Origin: Flavobacteriales bacterium
GTDB lineage: Bacteria; Bacteroidota; Bacteroidia; Flavobacteriales; Flavobacteriaceae
Length of the DNA: 64,000 nt
Reading direction: 5' to 3'
NCBI GenBank assembly: GCA_038234745.1
Contig: JBBQSZ010000008.1
Location: 5,231 to 69,230 of the forward strand
Numbering within the stretch: position 1 is the stretch's first letter; the number at the start of each line of letters is the position of its first letter. Positions 1-9,992 of the stretch are shown one piece after another. The notes below the pieces were generated by a model. It was not told the DNA's origin. It did no database searches and worked only from the letters and a program-made list of their open reading frames with translations. The position numbers and the translations under genes are program-made.

Positions 1-228
1 TTTGGAGGTGAAGGTTCGATAAGATTGGTTTATTTCTTAATTTTAATATCACACATCGTCCTTTCAATTGTGGTGATTCCCTTAGTTTTGATCACTTATG
101 TTCGGGCTTTAGCTGAAAAATTTGATAAACATAAAAAAATCGCTAGAATTACATTTCCAATTTGGTTGTACGTCGCAGTTACTGGAGTTGTGGTTTATTT
201 AATGATATCCCCTTATTATGTTAATTAA
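1..228 (+). CDS. DUF420-like integral membrane protein, C-terminal part (5' end lies outside the window)
   Basis: Frame 1 is open from base 1 (FGGEGSIRLVYFLIL...). It has two hydrophobic helices and a basic loop HKKIARITFPIWLYV. The family call is from memory. Confidence 0.5.
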   Translation, partial: FGGEGSIRLVYFLILISHIVLSIVVIPLVLITYVRALAEKFDKHKKIARITFPIWLYVAVTGVVVYLMISPYYVN

Positions 229-481
229 AATGGAAAACTCCAAATTCCAAATTCCAAATTTCAAAGTTAAAGCTGTTCTATTTGGAATTTGTTTTTTGTT
301 TATTGGAATTTCTTCCTACGCTCAATGTGCCATGTGTCGCGCCGCTTTACAAGGAGAAGGCAATAAGGTTCAAGCCCAAGCTGTAAATGATGGCATCGTT
401 TATTTGATGGTGATTCCTTATCTACTTGTTGCAGGGATTGGATATTATATTTATCGAATGCGAAAAAATAAAAAAGAATAA
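218..481 (+). CDS. small membrane protein with a CAMC motif, hypothetical
   Basis: 87-aa ORF with two hydrophobic segments, a CAMCRAALQGEG motif and a basic C-terminus. It overlaps the stop of the upstream gene, which suggests translational coupling. Confidence 0.5.
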   Translation: MLIKMENSKFQIPNFKVKAVLFGICFLFIGISSYAQCAMCRAALQGEGNKVQAQAVNDGIVYLMVIPYLLVAGIGYYIYRMRKNKKE

Positions 482-567
482 CAATTACAATTTCAATCTA
501 AATTCTGCCTTCTAATTTTTGCCGTCTGCAATCAAAAATCGTTAATCAAAAATCTGCAGTCTATTTT

Positions 568-1977
568 TTATTTCAAACCATCCACCGAAACATTGACCGT
601 TCCATTTACTTTTATAAAAGCTATAATGGCTTTGTTAGTCAATTGAATTTTCTGAAACTGTAAATTATCCATTTTCCCGTTGACAAAAACACCTGGCATT
701 GGCGAATAATTTTTTAAATACGCTGCCATAGTTTGTTTGCCTTCTTCTAAATTAGGAACGATAGAATAGCGACAACTTTGTTGTATTTTTCTTAAAACCA
801 AACCTTGTGCCAACCAATTGGCAGTTCGCATCAATTTGTTTTTGGTATCCAATGCATAATCCAATTTATCAAAAAATATTTCCTTTGTTTGGTCATTGTA
901 TTGCGGAAATCCAGTTAAATAAATGGTGCCATTTACACTGCCTAAAACGTCTAAAGCAATAACCATTTTGTCGTTTTTATGCCAAATAGTCACTTTTTGA
1001 ACGGTTACTTTCTTGCTTCCAGAGCCAAATTCTTGATTAGAAAAATTCTTGGTCATAATTTTTGAAGCTTCTGCAAATGTAGAAACGGCTGCGATATTGG
1101 CAGTAATTTGGTTTGGAATTTTAGATACTGGCTTCAATATGATTTTGGACGCATCAAATTTTGAATCAGGTTTGCTTCCGACCAATGTGGTCATGGTACA
1201 TTTCATCCCCATATCCATCACAAAAGCATCGTTCTTGAGAACAGCATTGGTCGAATAAATTTCGATAGGAACTATTCGCAACCAGCTTTCATAGGCTTCA
1301 CTCATTTGAAAAGGCGTGCAAATTTTCTCCAAAGCCGCTAAAACGTTGGGTTTGAAATCCATCGATTTTTCTATTGCAGCATCAATTTTACTTTCAATTT
1401 TTGATCTAAAAAGTTTTACAGCAGGATTGATTAAATAAGTTACAGGAACATATTTACCAAAAACCAGCATCGTAGGACTTTCGTTCCAATCCAGTGATTT
1501 GAGTTCTGTTTTAGTGCTGAGTTTCCAGTTTGACAAACCCACTTCGCTTGTTAAAGTTAGGATTCCATCTAAGTTGAATTCTTTGTAGTTGTACATTTCG
1601 ACGCCCAAGGTTTTGGTGCCAATTCGGTATTTTATCCAAGCTCTCAAAGGTAGAATTGTTTTTATTTTTGCGCCGGAACTTTCTTTGTCGTTTGCTATAG
1701 TTATGGGAGCCAATTTCCAGATTTTCATCTCGATATTGTCATCAACCATGTTGTTGTCTTCGTAAATTAAACCATTTAAAAGGGCGTTAGTTTGATGTTC
1801 AATGTCTTTTAATTTTACATTGATGGGTAAATTTATAAAGGAAGGAGCAGTTTCATAAACCAATGGACTGGCATCGTCTGGTTCTGGTTTTAGTGCTGCT
1901 ATTTTATTGGAGGTAGAACAGCTTGAAAGTAGTAAAACAAGTAGAATTGAGATTAGAATCTTATGATGTTTTAACAT
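568..1977 (-). CDS. lipoprotein, DUF4403-like (hypothetical)
   Basis: Long ORF. The ATG at 1977 gives MLKHHKILISILLVLLLSSCS, a lipobox-type signal with Cys. The ORF-track start at 2001 is a TTG. The DUF4403 assignment is from memory and tentative. Confidence 0.5.
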   Translation of the reverse strand: MLKHHKILISILLVLLLSSCSTSNKIAALKPEPDDASPLVYETAPSFINLPINVKLKDIEHQTNALLNGLIYEDNNMVDDNIEMKIWKLAPITIANDKESSGAKIKTILPLRAWIKYRIGTKTLGVEMYNYKEFNLDGILTLTSEVGLSNWKLSTKTELKSLDWNESPTMLVFGKYVPVTYLINPAVKLFRSKIESKIDAAIEKSMDFKPNVLAALEKICTPFQMSEAYESWLRIVPIEIYSTNAVLKNDAFVMDMGMKCTMTTLVGSKPDSKFDASKIILKPVSKIPNQITANIAAVSTFAEASKIMTKNFSNQEFGSGSKKVTVQKVTIWHKNDKMVIALDVLGSVNGTIYLTGFPQYNDQTKEIFFDKLDYALDTKNKLMRTANWLAQGLVLRKIQQSCRYSIVPNLEEGKQTMAAYLKNYSPMPGVFVNGKMDNLQFQKIQLTNKAIIAFIKVNGTVNVSVDGLK

Positions 1978-2124
1978 TAGTTTTTTTGTTTGAAGAAACA
2001 AAATTAATAAAACAAATATATTTTTCGGCTTTAGGATGTAACATATTTATAGAAAATAGGTCTTATAACAAAACAGCTTGCAACGTTTAACGTTTTCTTG
2101 TTAAAATCTTGCTTAAAGAATTCT

Positions 2125-2132
2125 TAAATTTG
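2125..2132 (+). promoter_or_regulatory. Bacteroidota -7 promoter box TAAATTTG (TAnnTTTG)
   Basis: Exact match to TAnnTTTG, 16 nt upstream of the ATG at 2148. It supports that ATG as the ABC ATPase start. Confidence 0.45.
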
Positions 2133-2147
2133 TTTAAAACACCTAAA

Positions 2148-2849
2148 ATGATTGAAATTAAAGACTTACATAAATCGTATAAAGTAGGAGGTTCTGAATT
2201 GCATGTTTTAAAAGGAATCAATTTCAATATCAAAGAAGGAGAATTAGTTGCCATTATGGGTTCGTCTGGTTCAGGAAAGTCAACACTTCTTAATATTCTT
2301 GGAATTCTGGATGAAGCCGATTCTGGAGCTTATATTTTAGATAAAATGCCGGTCAAAAATCTAAATGAAACAATTGCGTCCAAATATCGAAACCAATTTC
2401 TAGGTTTTGTTTTCCAATCCTTTAATTTAATAAATTATAAATCTGCTCTGGATAATGTAGCAATGCCGCTATATTATAAAGGAATTAAAAGAAAAGAACG
2501 CAACGAAATTGCGATGAGTTATCTTGAAAAAGTGGGTCTTGCTTCACATTCGCATCATTTGCCAAGTGAACTTTCGGGTGGACAAAAACAACGTGTTGCA
2601 ATTGCTCGTGCATTGGCATCAAACCCAAAAGTACTTCTTGCCGATGAACCAACGGGCGCTTTGGATACTGCCACTTCCTATGAAGTGATGGAACTGATTC
2701 AAGGAATCAATGACGAAGGAAAAACTATTTTGATAGTTACACACGAACCGGATATTGCCGCAATGTGCAAGAGAAATGTGGTTTTGAAAGATGGACTTAT
2801 CATTGATGATAAATATGTAGAACAAGTAAGAGCGTCATCGTATGTTTAA
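2148..2849 (+). CDS. ABC transporter ATP-binding protein (MacB/LolD-type)
   Basis: Walker [13 protein letters not shown] signature [15 protein letters not shown], Walker [12 protein letters not shown]. The ATG at 2148 ([11 protein letters not shown]) is preferred over the TTG at 2109. Confidence 0.9.
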   Translation: MIEIKDLHKSYKVGGSELHVLKGINFNIKEGELVAIMGSSGSGKSTLLNILGILDEADSGAYILDKMPVKNLNETIASKYRNQFLGFVFQSFNLINYKSALDNVAMPLYYKGIKRKERNEIAMSYLEKVGLASHSHHLPSELSGGQKQRVAIARALASNPKVLLADEPTGALDTATSYEVMELIQGINDEGKTILIVTHEPDIAAMCKRNVVLKDGLIIDDKYVEQVRASSYV

Positions 2850-4089
2850 TATAGAACGTTGGCAGGAAATATTTGATGCAATTGCAAAAAATAAGATGAG
2901 AACTTTTCTAACGGGAACTTCTGTTGCCTCAGGTATTTTTATTTTAGTGATTTTGCTAGGAGCTGGAAAAGGTCTCGAGAACGGAATTGCCAAACAATTC
3001 GAAAACGATGCTGATGGCGTTATTTGGATTTGGACAGGAGCTACCTCTAAAGAATATAAAGGACTGAATCCTGGAAGACGCATTCAGTTGCGCAACAGTG
3101 ATTTTGACTTATCGAAACAAAAATTTGAAGGTCAAATAGATAAAAAAAGTTCGAGATATGGTGTTCGCGATGGAAATATCGTCTATGGAAAAGAAACTGG
3201 AAACTATGATTGTCAAGGAGTTTTTCCAGATTTTCAAACTATAGAAAAAGTGACTATTGTGGATGGCAGATTTGTTAATAACATTGATTTGCAGACGAAC
3301 AGGAAAATAGTTGTAATTGGGCAAAAAGTAAAACAAGATTTGTTTAAAGAAAAAAATCCTATCGGAGAACAAGTTGCAATTAACAATGTCAAATTTGAAG
3401 TAGTTGGCGTTTTTACAGATCCAGGTGGGGAGCGAGAAGAGTCGAGAGCCTATTTGCCTATTTCAACAACACAACAAGTGTTTGGAAGTGGAGGGGATAA
3501 AATAAATAATATGTCTTTCACGCTGCGTAAAAAGAACAACTATGACGATGCGCTTGCCGAATCAAAAAAATTTACTGAAGGAATTAGTCAAATGCTGAAA
3601 GGCAAAAATTCCGTTGCGCCAGATGATACAAGTGCTATAGGAATTCGCAGTACGGTAGAAGATATAAAGCAGTTTTATGATTTGAATTTGTATATCAGAT
3701 TGTTTTTTTGGTGGGTTGGAATTTGCACAATCATCGCAGGAGTTGTGGGAGTTAGTAATATTATGTTGATCATCGTAAAGGAACGAACTAAGGAAATTGG
3801 AATCCGAAAAGCGCTGGGAGCAACACCACTTTCTATTGTTGGAATGATTTTGCACGAATCTATTTTTATAACCACAATAGCTGGATTTGTTGGGCTTTTG
3901 TCTAGTTTGGCACTTTTAGAACTGGTTGGACCACAAATCAAAAGCGACTATTTCTTAAATCCAGAAGTCGATTTTAGTATTGCATTAACCACATTAGGTT
4001 TGCTAATATTTGCCGGAGCTTTAGCAGGATTTTTTCCAGCTTATCGCGCAGCAAAGATAAAACCGATTGTAGCACTTAGAGACGAATAA
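2842..4089 (+). CDS. ABC transporter permease, MacB/FtsX family
   Basis: N-terminal TM helix, large periplasmic domain and a C-terminal FtsX-type bundle (KERTKEIGIRKALGA). It overlaps the ATPase gene stop by 8 nt. Confidence 0.85.
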   Translation: MFNIERWQEIFDAIAKNKMRTFLTGTSVASGIFILVILLGAGKGLENGIAKQFENDADGVIWIWTGATSKEYKGLNPGRRIQLRNSDFDLSKQKFEGQIDKKSSRYGVRDGNIVYGKETGNYDCQGVFPDFQTIEKVTIVDGRFVNNIDLQTNRKIVVIGQKVKQDLFKEKNPIGEQVAINNVKFEVVGVFTDPGGEREESRAYLPISTTQQVFGSGGDKINNMSFTLRKKNNYDDALAESKKFTEGISQMLKGKNSVAPDDTSAIGIRSTVEDIKQFYDLNLYIRLFFWWVGICTIIAGVVGVSNIMLIIVKERTKEIGIRKALGATPLSIVGMILHESIFITTIAGFVGLLSSLALLELVGPQIKSDYFLNPEVDFSIALTTLGLLIFAGALAGFFPAYRAAKIKPIVALRDE

Positions 4090-4091
4090 TT

Positions 4092-5360
4092 ATGTTTGAT
4101 AGAGATAAATGGTTGGAAATTTTAGAAGCATTGACCGCAAACACTTTTCGGACAATTCTGACTGCCTTTGGAGTTTTCTGGGGAATATTCATATTGGTAA
4201 TATTGCTTGCGGCTGGAAATGGCTTGGAGAATGGGGTAAAAAAAGGTTTCTCCGGAATGGCGACAAACACGATGTTTATGTGGACACAAACCACTTCAAA
4301 ACCCTATAAAGGGCTGCCAAAATCAAGAAGGTTTACTTTTGAAAATAGTGATGTTCCCGCTTTAAAAGAAAAATTTCCAGATCTTTTGTATGTTTCTCCA
4401 AGAAATCAATTGGGAGGTTTTCGAGGTGGAAATAACGTGGTTAGAGGAACCAAAACAGCGGCTTTTGGTGTTTATGGAGATTATCCAGAATATGCAAAGC
4501 AGGAATCGATGGATATCGTCAAAGGGCGTTTTGTGAACTATCAAGATATAGAATTGAGACGCAAAGTAGCTGTAATTGGTCAAGGTGTGATTGATGGATT
4601 GTATGAAAAAACAGAGGAGGTTATTGGTACATATATAAAAGTCAACGGAGTTAATTTTATGGTTGTTGGGATTTATAAGAAAAAATCAAATGGCAACAAT
4701 GGTGATGCTGAGGAAGATCAAAAAAATATTTTTACACCATTTACAGCTTTTCAACAAGCTTTTAATTTCGGGAACAATGTGGGTTGGATGGCAATTACCG
4801 CAAAGGACAATGCATCAATTACCGATATAAAACCACAAATTCTAGAATTTATGAAATCTAGACATTCCATAAGTCCTGATGATGAACGAGCTATTGGAAA
4901 TTTTGATTTGTATGAAGAGTTTAGTAAAGTGCTTGGATTATTTACCATTCTAAGATTCATCGCCTATTTTGTTGGAACTTTAGTTTTGCTTTCAGGAGTT
5001 ATTGGGATTTCAAATATTATGCTGATCGTAGTGAAAGAACGCACCAAGGAGATTGGAATTCGACGAGCTTTAGGCGCAACACCTGCAGCAATCAGGTCTC
5101 AAATATTGTTAGAAGCCATATTTTTAACCATTTCATCCGGAATGTTAGGCATTGCAGCAGCCACAGGAGTTTTGATTTTGGTCAATAAAATTTTAGATTC
5201 CATGCCAACGGAACCATCTATGTTTGCGAACCCAAGCGTCGATTTGCGGGTAGTATTTTTTGCTTTACTAATATTGGTGGGTTCTGGATTGTTGGCCGGA
5301 TTTATCCCTGCACAAACCGCCATAAAAGTCAAACCAGTTGACGCATTAAGAACAGAATAA
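4092..5360 (+). CDS. ABC transporter permease, MacB/FtsX family (second paralogue)
   Basis: Same architecture as the preceding gene (KERTKEIGIRRALGA). It starts 3 nt after the previous stop. Confidence 0.85.
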   Translation: MFDRDKWLEILEALTANTFRTILTAFGVFWGIFILVILLAAGNGLENGVKKGFSGMATNTMFMWTQTTSKPYKGLPKSRRFTFENSDVPALKEKFPDLLYVSPRNQLGGFRGGNNVVRGTKTAAFGVYGDYPEYAKQESMDIVKGRFVNYQDIELRRKVAVIGQGVIDGLYEKTEEVIGTYIKVNGVNFMVVGIYKKKSNGNNGDAEEDQKNIFTPFTAFQQAFNFGNNVGWMAITAKDNASITDIKPQILEFMKSRHSISPDDERAIGNFDLYEEFSKVLGLFTILRFIAYFVGTLVLLSGVIGISNIMLIVVKERTKEIGIRRALGATPAAIRSQILLEAIFLTISSGMLGIAAATGVLILVNKILDSMPTEPSMFANPSVDLRVVFFALLILVGSGLLAGFIPAQTAIKVKPVDALRTE

Positions 5361-5399
5361 AGTATCAATCAAATAGAAATCAAATTAAAAACCATTACA

Positions 5400-6515
5400 A
5401 TGAAAAAAGGAGTAACCATAACAATTTTAATTTTAATAGCCATTTTATTTTTTGGTGCACTGTATTATTTGTATGCTAAAAATCAGGAATCACCAGTGGT
5501 TTTTGAAACTGATAAAACCGAAATTAAAACCATTATCAAAAATACAATTGCAACCGGAAATATTGTTCCAGACGAAGAAGTTCTAATCAAACCAAATATT
5601 TCTGGGATTATAGAGGAAATATATATTAAAGCGGGTCAAACGATAAAAGCGGGTGATTTAATTGCTAAAATAAAAGTAGTTGCCAATGTTTCCAATTTAA
5701 GCAGCACTCAAAATCAGGTTCAATCGGCAAAAATAAACTTAGATAATCAAGAAAAATCATTCCAAAGACAAAAAACATTGTTCGATAAAGGCGTTATTTC
5801 TGCCAATGATTTCGATGCAGCACAATTAGCTTACAAACAGGCAAAACAGAATTACACCGCGTCAAAACAAGGATATGATATTGTAAAAACAGGAACAACT
5901 TCGGGATTGGGAAATTATGCCAACACTTTAATTCGGTCTACCGTAAACGGAATGGTACTTGAGGTGCCTGTGAAAGTTGGAAATCAAGTTATCGAAAGTA
6001 ATAATTTTAACGAAGGAACGACTATTGCCAGTGTTGCCGATGTTGGGAAAATGATATTTGTTGGAAAAATTGACGAGTCTGAAGTAGGAAAAATAAAAGT
6101 AAACTTACCAATCGAAATCACTGTTGGAGCCATCGAAAACAAAAAATTTGATGCCGTTCTAACGGATATTGCTCCAAAAGGAAAAACGGATAACGGAGCT
6201 ATTCAATTCGAAATAAAAGCATCGTTGTCCAATAGAGACGATACCTTTATTAGAGCAGGTTTGAGCGCTAATGCTTCCATTATTTTAGACAAAGCTGATA
6301 AGGTTATGGCAATTAAAGAAGCCTTAATTCAGTTTGATGCTAAGACGCAAAAACCATTTGTAGAAGTGCAAACAACAACTCAAAAATTCGTTAGAAAAAA
6401 CATAGTTTTGGGTGTTAGCGACGGTATTTATGTGCAAATAAAAAGTGGATTAAAATCTTCAGATAAAATAAAAATTTGGAACCAAGGCTTGAAAACTGAA
6501 GAGCCAAAGTCATAA
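5400..6515 (+). CDS. efflux transporter periplasmic adaptor subunit (HlyD/MFP family)
   Basis: N-terminal TM anchor, lipoyl-like hairpin motifs (ISGIIEEIYIKAGQTIKAGDLIAKI) and a coiled-coil segment. Confidence 0.8.
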   Translation: MKKGVTITILILIAILFFGALYYLYAKNQESPVVFETDKTEIKTIIKNTIATGNIVPDEEVLIKPNISGIIEEIYIKAGQTIKAGDLIAKIKVVANVSNLSSTQNQVQSAKINLDNQEKSFQRQKTLFDKGVISANDFDAAQLAYKQAKQNYTASKQGYDIVKTGTTSGLGNYANTLIRSTVNGMVLEVPVKVGNQVIESNNFNEGTTIASVADVGKMIFVGKIDESEVGKIKVNLPIEITVGAIENKKFDAVLTDIAPKGKTDNGAIQFEIKASLSNRDDTFIRAGLSANASIILDKADKVMAIKEALIQFDAKTQKPFVEVQTTTQKFVRKNIVLGVSDGIYVQIKSGLKSSDKIKIWNQGLKTEEPKS

Positions 6516-6597
6516 ACTTGCCTATTAAAAAGAAATTCGATTTTAAAAAAAATATAAAATTTGTGTAGTATCTTTGCTACGCTTTCATTCAGAAAAT

Positions 6598-7968
6598 ATG
6601 AAAAAAACTAAATATATCCCGCTCGTAATTATTCTGCTGTTTGGTTTGTCTATCCAAGCGCAAACCAAAAAATGGACATTAGAAGAATGTGTTAAATACG
6701 CCATTGACAAAAACATCACTATCAAACTAACCGAATTAGACACTAAAACGGCAGCGATTGACAAAAGAGGTGCTCAAGGGAATTTTTTACCTTCGCTTAA
6801 TGCCAATGCCTCTCATTCTTGGAATGTCGGTTTAAATCAAGATATCACAACAGGGCTTTTGCGAAATCAAACCACACAATTCACATCTGCCGGAGCTGGG
6901 GTTGGTATTGATATTTACAAAGGATTGCAGCATCAAAACACGCTCCGTAGAGCTAACCTTTCGATTATTGCGGCTAAATATCAACTGACAAAAATGAAAG
7001 AAGATGTAGCCTTAAATGTGGCTAATGCTTTTTTGCAAGTGCTTTTTAACAAAGAAAATTTGAAAGTACAAATAGAGCAAAAAGCTAATAACGAAAAACA
7101 GTTTACTCGTTCCGAAGAATTGGTAAAAGCAGGTTCCGTTCCAAAAGGAGATTTGTTGGACATAAAGGCAACGGTAGCTTCAGATGGTCAAAAAGTCGTG
7201 GCTGCCGAAAATGCGTTGTTGATTTCTAAATTATCTTTGGCACAATTGCTTCAATTAAAGGAATTTTATGATTTTGATGTCACCGATGATACGAAAGCAA
7301 AAGATGAAAACAACATCTTGTCTCAAACTCCAGTTTCTATTTATGAAAAAGCCAAGGAACAAAGAACAGAATTGAAAATAGCCAAAACAAATCTCGAAAT
7401 ATCCGAAAAAAATGTAGCCATTGCCAAAGGCGGTCTTCAACCTACACTACAAGGATTTTATAATTTTAGTTCTCGAGTTTCCTATGCTGACGTTCCCGCC
7501 TTTGATAATTCTGGAAACGTAGTAGGAACCAAAAGTTCTGCTCCATTTTTCGATCAGTTTAACAATAACAAAGGACAATCTTTTGGGGCTCAATTGTCTA
7601 TCCCTATTTTTAATGGATTTTCTATTCGTAATAATGTCGAACGATCAAAGGTAAGTTTAGAAAAATCAAAAATCGCAGTCGAGCAAGAAGAATTAACTTT
7701 AGAAAGAAATGTTTATACCGCATTTACAGATGCCAAAGGTGGTTTAAACGCTTATGAATCCGCAATTACTGCATTAGAAGCGAGAGAAGAAGCTTTTAAT
7801 TATGCTAAAGAAAAATACGCAGTTGGAATGATGAATTCTTTCGATTTTAACCAATCGCAAACGTTGTTTTCTGCAGCACAATCTGAAGTTCTTAGAACCA
7901 AATACGATTACATTTTCAAAATTAAAATACTTGAGTTCTATTTCGGTATTCCAATCATCAAACAATAA
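6598..7968 (+). CDS. TolC-family outer membrane efflux protein
   Basis: Signal peptide MKKTKYIPLVIILLFGLSIQAQ followed by two repeated TolC-like halves (WTLEECVKYAIDKN...). ATG at 6598. Confidence 0.85.
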   Translation: MKKTKYIPLVIILLFGLSIQAQTKKWTLEECVKYAIDKNITIKLTELDTKTAAIDKRGAQGNFLPSLNANASHSWNVGLNQDITTGLLRNQTTQFTSAGAGVGIDIYKGLQHQNTLRRANLSIIAAKYQLTKMKEDVALNVANAFLQVLFNKENLKVQIEQKANNEKQFTRSEELVKAGSVPKGDLLDIKATVASDGQKVVAAENALLISKLSLAQLLQLKEFYDFDVTDDTKAKDENNILSQTPVSIYEKAKEQRTELKIAKTNLEISEKNVAIAKGGLQPTLQGFYNFSSRVSYADVPAFDNSGNVVGTKSSAPFFDQFNNNKGQSFGAQLSIPIFNGFSIRNNVERSKVSLEKSKIAVEQEELTLERNVYTAFTDAKGGLNAYESAITALEAREEAFNYAKEKYAVGMMNSFDFNQSQTLFSAAQSEVLRTKYDYIFKIKILEFYFGIPIIKQ

Positions 7969-7974
7969 TTTATT

Positions 7975-9267
7975 ATGTCAAAAAAAACCATTTATTTATT
8001 AATAGGAGGAGCAGTAGTATTAATTGCTTTATTAATAGTGCTTTCTAAAACAGGTGTTATTGGAAATAAAGACAAAGGAAAATCGGTTGAAACTGCAAAA
8101 GTTAATGCGACAACAATAGTAGAAACCGTTTCGGCAACAGGGAAAATTCAACCTGAAATAGAAGTGAAAATTGCTTCTATGGTTTCTGGTGAGATTATTT
8201 CATTGCCCATAAAAGAAGGGCAAGTTGTCAAAAAAGGAGATTTGTTAGTGAAGATTAATCCCGACTTGTATACTTCTGGATTGAACAGATCTGTTGCGAA
8301 TTTGTCTAGCACAAAATCAAATTTGAGTCAAGCCGATGCTTCTTTTACGGAAGCCAAATCAAGTTACGATAGAAACAAAACATTGTTCGGAAAAGGAATT
8401 ATTTCTAAATCTGATTGGGATAAAGCTGTTGCTACTTTCGAAACTGCAAAAGCAGCAAAGCAAGCCGCTTATTTCAATGTTCAAAGTGCTTCGGCAACGG
8501 TCAATGAAGCCAAAGACAATCTAGGAAGAACCATTATTTATGCTCCTGCAGATGGAACAATTTCTGTCTTGAATGTCGAATTGGGCGAACGAGTTTTAGG
8601 AACACAACAAATGGCTGGAACTGAGATTCTTCGTGTTGCCAACTTGAATAATATGGAGGTTGAAGTAGATGTTAACGAAAATGATATTGTAAAGATTAAA
8701 GAAGGAGATGAAGCCAAAGTTGAGGTAGATGCTTATTTAAAAAAACAATTTAAAGGTGTTGTAACGAGTATTTCTAATTCGGCTAGCTCGACTTTAACGG
8801 CTGACCAAGTAACTAATTTCAAGGTAAAAATTAGAATTTTGAAGGAATCTTACCAAGATTTATTGATTGGAAAAGCGATAACCTATTCTCCATTTAGACC
8901 TGGAATGACTGCAACTGTCGATATTGTAACCAAATCAAGAGCAAACGTCTTGGCAGTTCCAATTAGTTCGGTTGTCGTAAAATCAGATACTACAGCTGTA
9001 AAAGGATTTAAACTCGAAGATGATAAAGATGCTGATAAAAAAACAGCGCCAAAAAGTGATAAAAAACTAGAATGTGTATTCGTGAAAGTGGGTAATAAAG
9101 CAAAAATCCGCATCATCAAAACCGGAATTCAAGACGATACTAATATTGAAATTCTTACGGGACTTAAAAAGGGAGATGTTGTTATTACAGGACCTTATTC
9201 TACAGTTTCAAAGGATTTGAATTCTGGCGATAAAGTAACAACAGATAAAGTGGAACAGAAAAAATAA
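7975..9267 (+). CDS. efflux transporter periplasmic adaptor subunit (HlyD/MFP family, second copy)
   Basis: TM anchor, lipoyl motif (VSGEIISLPIKEGQVVKKGDLLVKI), coiled coil and a beta-barrel domain. Confidence 0.8.
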   Translation: MSKKTIYLLIGGAVVLIALLIVLSKTGVIGNKDKGKSVETAKVNATTIVETVSATGKIQPEIEVKIASMVSGEIISLPIKEGQVVKKGDLLVKINPDLYTSGLNRSVANLSSTKSNLSQADASFTEAKSSYDRNKTLFGKGIISKSDWDKAVATFETAKAAKQAAYFNVQSASATVNEAKDNLGRTIIYAPADGTISVLNVELGERVLGTQQMAGTEILRVANLNNMEVEVDVNENDIVKIKEGDEAKVEVDAYLKKQFKGVVTSISNSASSTLTADQVTNFKVKIRILKESYQDLLIGKAITYSPFRPGMTATVDIVTKSRANVLAVPISSVVVKSDTTAVKGFKLEDDKDADKKTAPKSDKKLECVFVKVGNKAKIRIIKTGIQDDTNIEILTGLKKGDVVITGPYSTVSKDLNSGDKVTTDKVEQKK

Positions 9268-9278
9268 GTTTTAATATC

Positions 9279-9986
9279 TTGAATTCTAAAATCTGCAATC
9301 TAAAAGCTAAAATTCTTTTGCCTTATATTTTAAACATTGAAACCGCTACCAAAAATTGTTCTGTTGCTTTGGCAAAAGAGGGAAAAACAATTTTATGCAA
9401 AGAAATAGCCGAAGAAGGATATTCTCACGCGGAACGTTTGCACGTTTTTATAGAAGAAGTCGTTAAAGAATCTGGAATCACTTTTCAGGATTTAACAGCA
9501 ATTGCCGTGAGTCAAGGACCAGGTTCCTATACAGGATTGCGGATTGGCGTTTCAGCTGCAAAAGGTTTGTGTTTTGCCTTGGGTATTCCATTAATTGCAG
9601 TGGATACATTGCAAGTTTTAGCTTCACAAGTTGCTATTTCCAATGGTTTGATTATTCCGATGCTCGATGCTCGAAGAATGGAAGTTTACTCTGCTATTTT
9701 TAATCCAATTTTCGAAAAGAAAAGAGCTGTTCAAGCTGAAGTTATAACCGAAAACTCCTTCGAAGAATTGACAGAAACCTTATATTTTGTAGGCGATTGT
9801 GCTGAGAAATGCAAAGCTGTTTTAACTAAGAATAACTTTGTTTTCTTAGAAGAAATTAAATATCCTTCTGCAAAAGAAATGAGTTTTTTCAGCTTCGAAA
9901 AATACAAAAAAAACGACACCGTAGATGTCGCTTATTTCGAACCTTATTATTTGAAAGATTTTATGATGACTGTCTCGAAGAAGTAG
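9279..9986 (+). CDS. tsaB: tRNA threonylcarbamoyladenosine biosynthesis protein TsaB
   Basis: ILNIETATKNCSVAL, QGPGSYTGLRIG and the YeaZ-family layout. The start is uncertain: TTG at 9279 or TTG at 9318. Confidence 0.8.
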   Translation: MNSKICNLKAKILLPYILNIETATKNCSVALAKEGKTILCKEIAEEGYSHAERLHVFIEEVVKESGITFQDLTAIAVSQGPGSYTGLRIGVSAAKGLCFALGIPLIAVDTLQVLASQVAISNGLIIPMLDARRMEVYSAIFNPIFEKKRAVQAEVITENSFEELTETLYFVGDCAEKCKAVLTKNNFVFLEEIKYPSAKEMSFFSFEKYKKNDTVDVAYFEPYYLKDFMMTVSKK

Positions 9987-9992
9987 TTTTAA

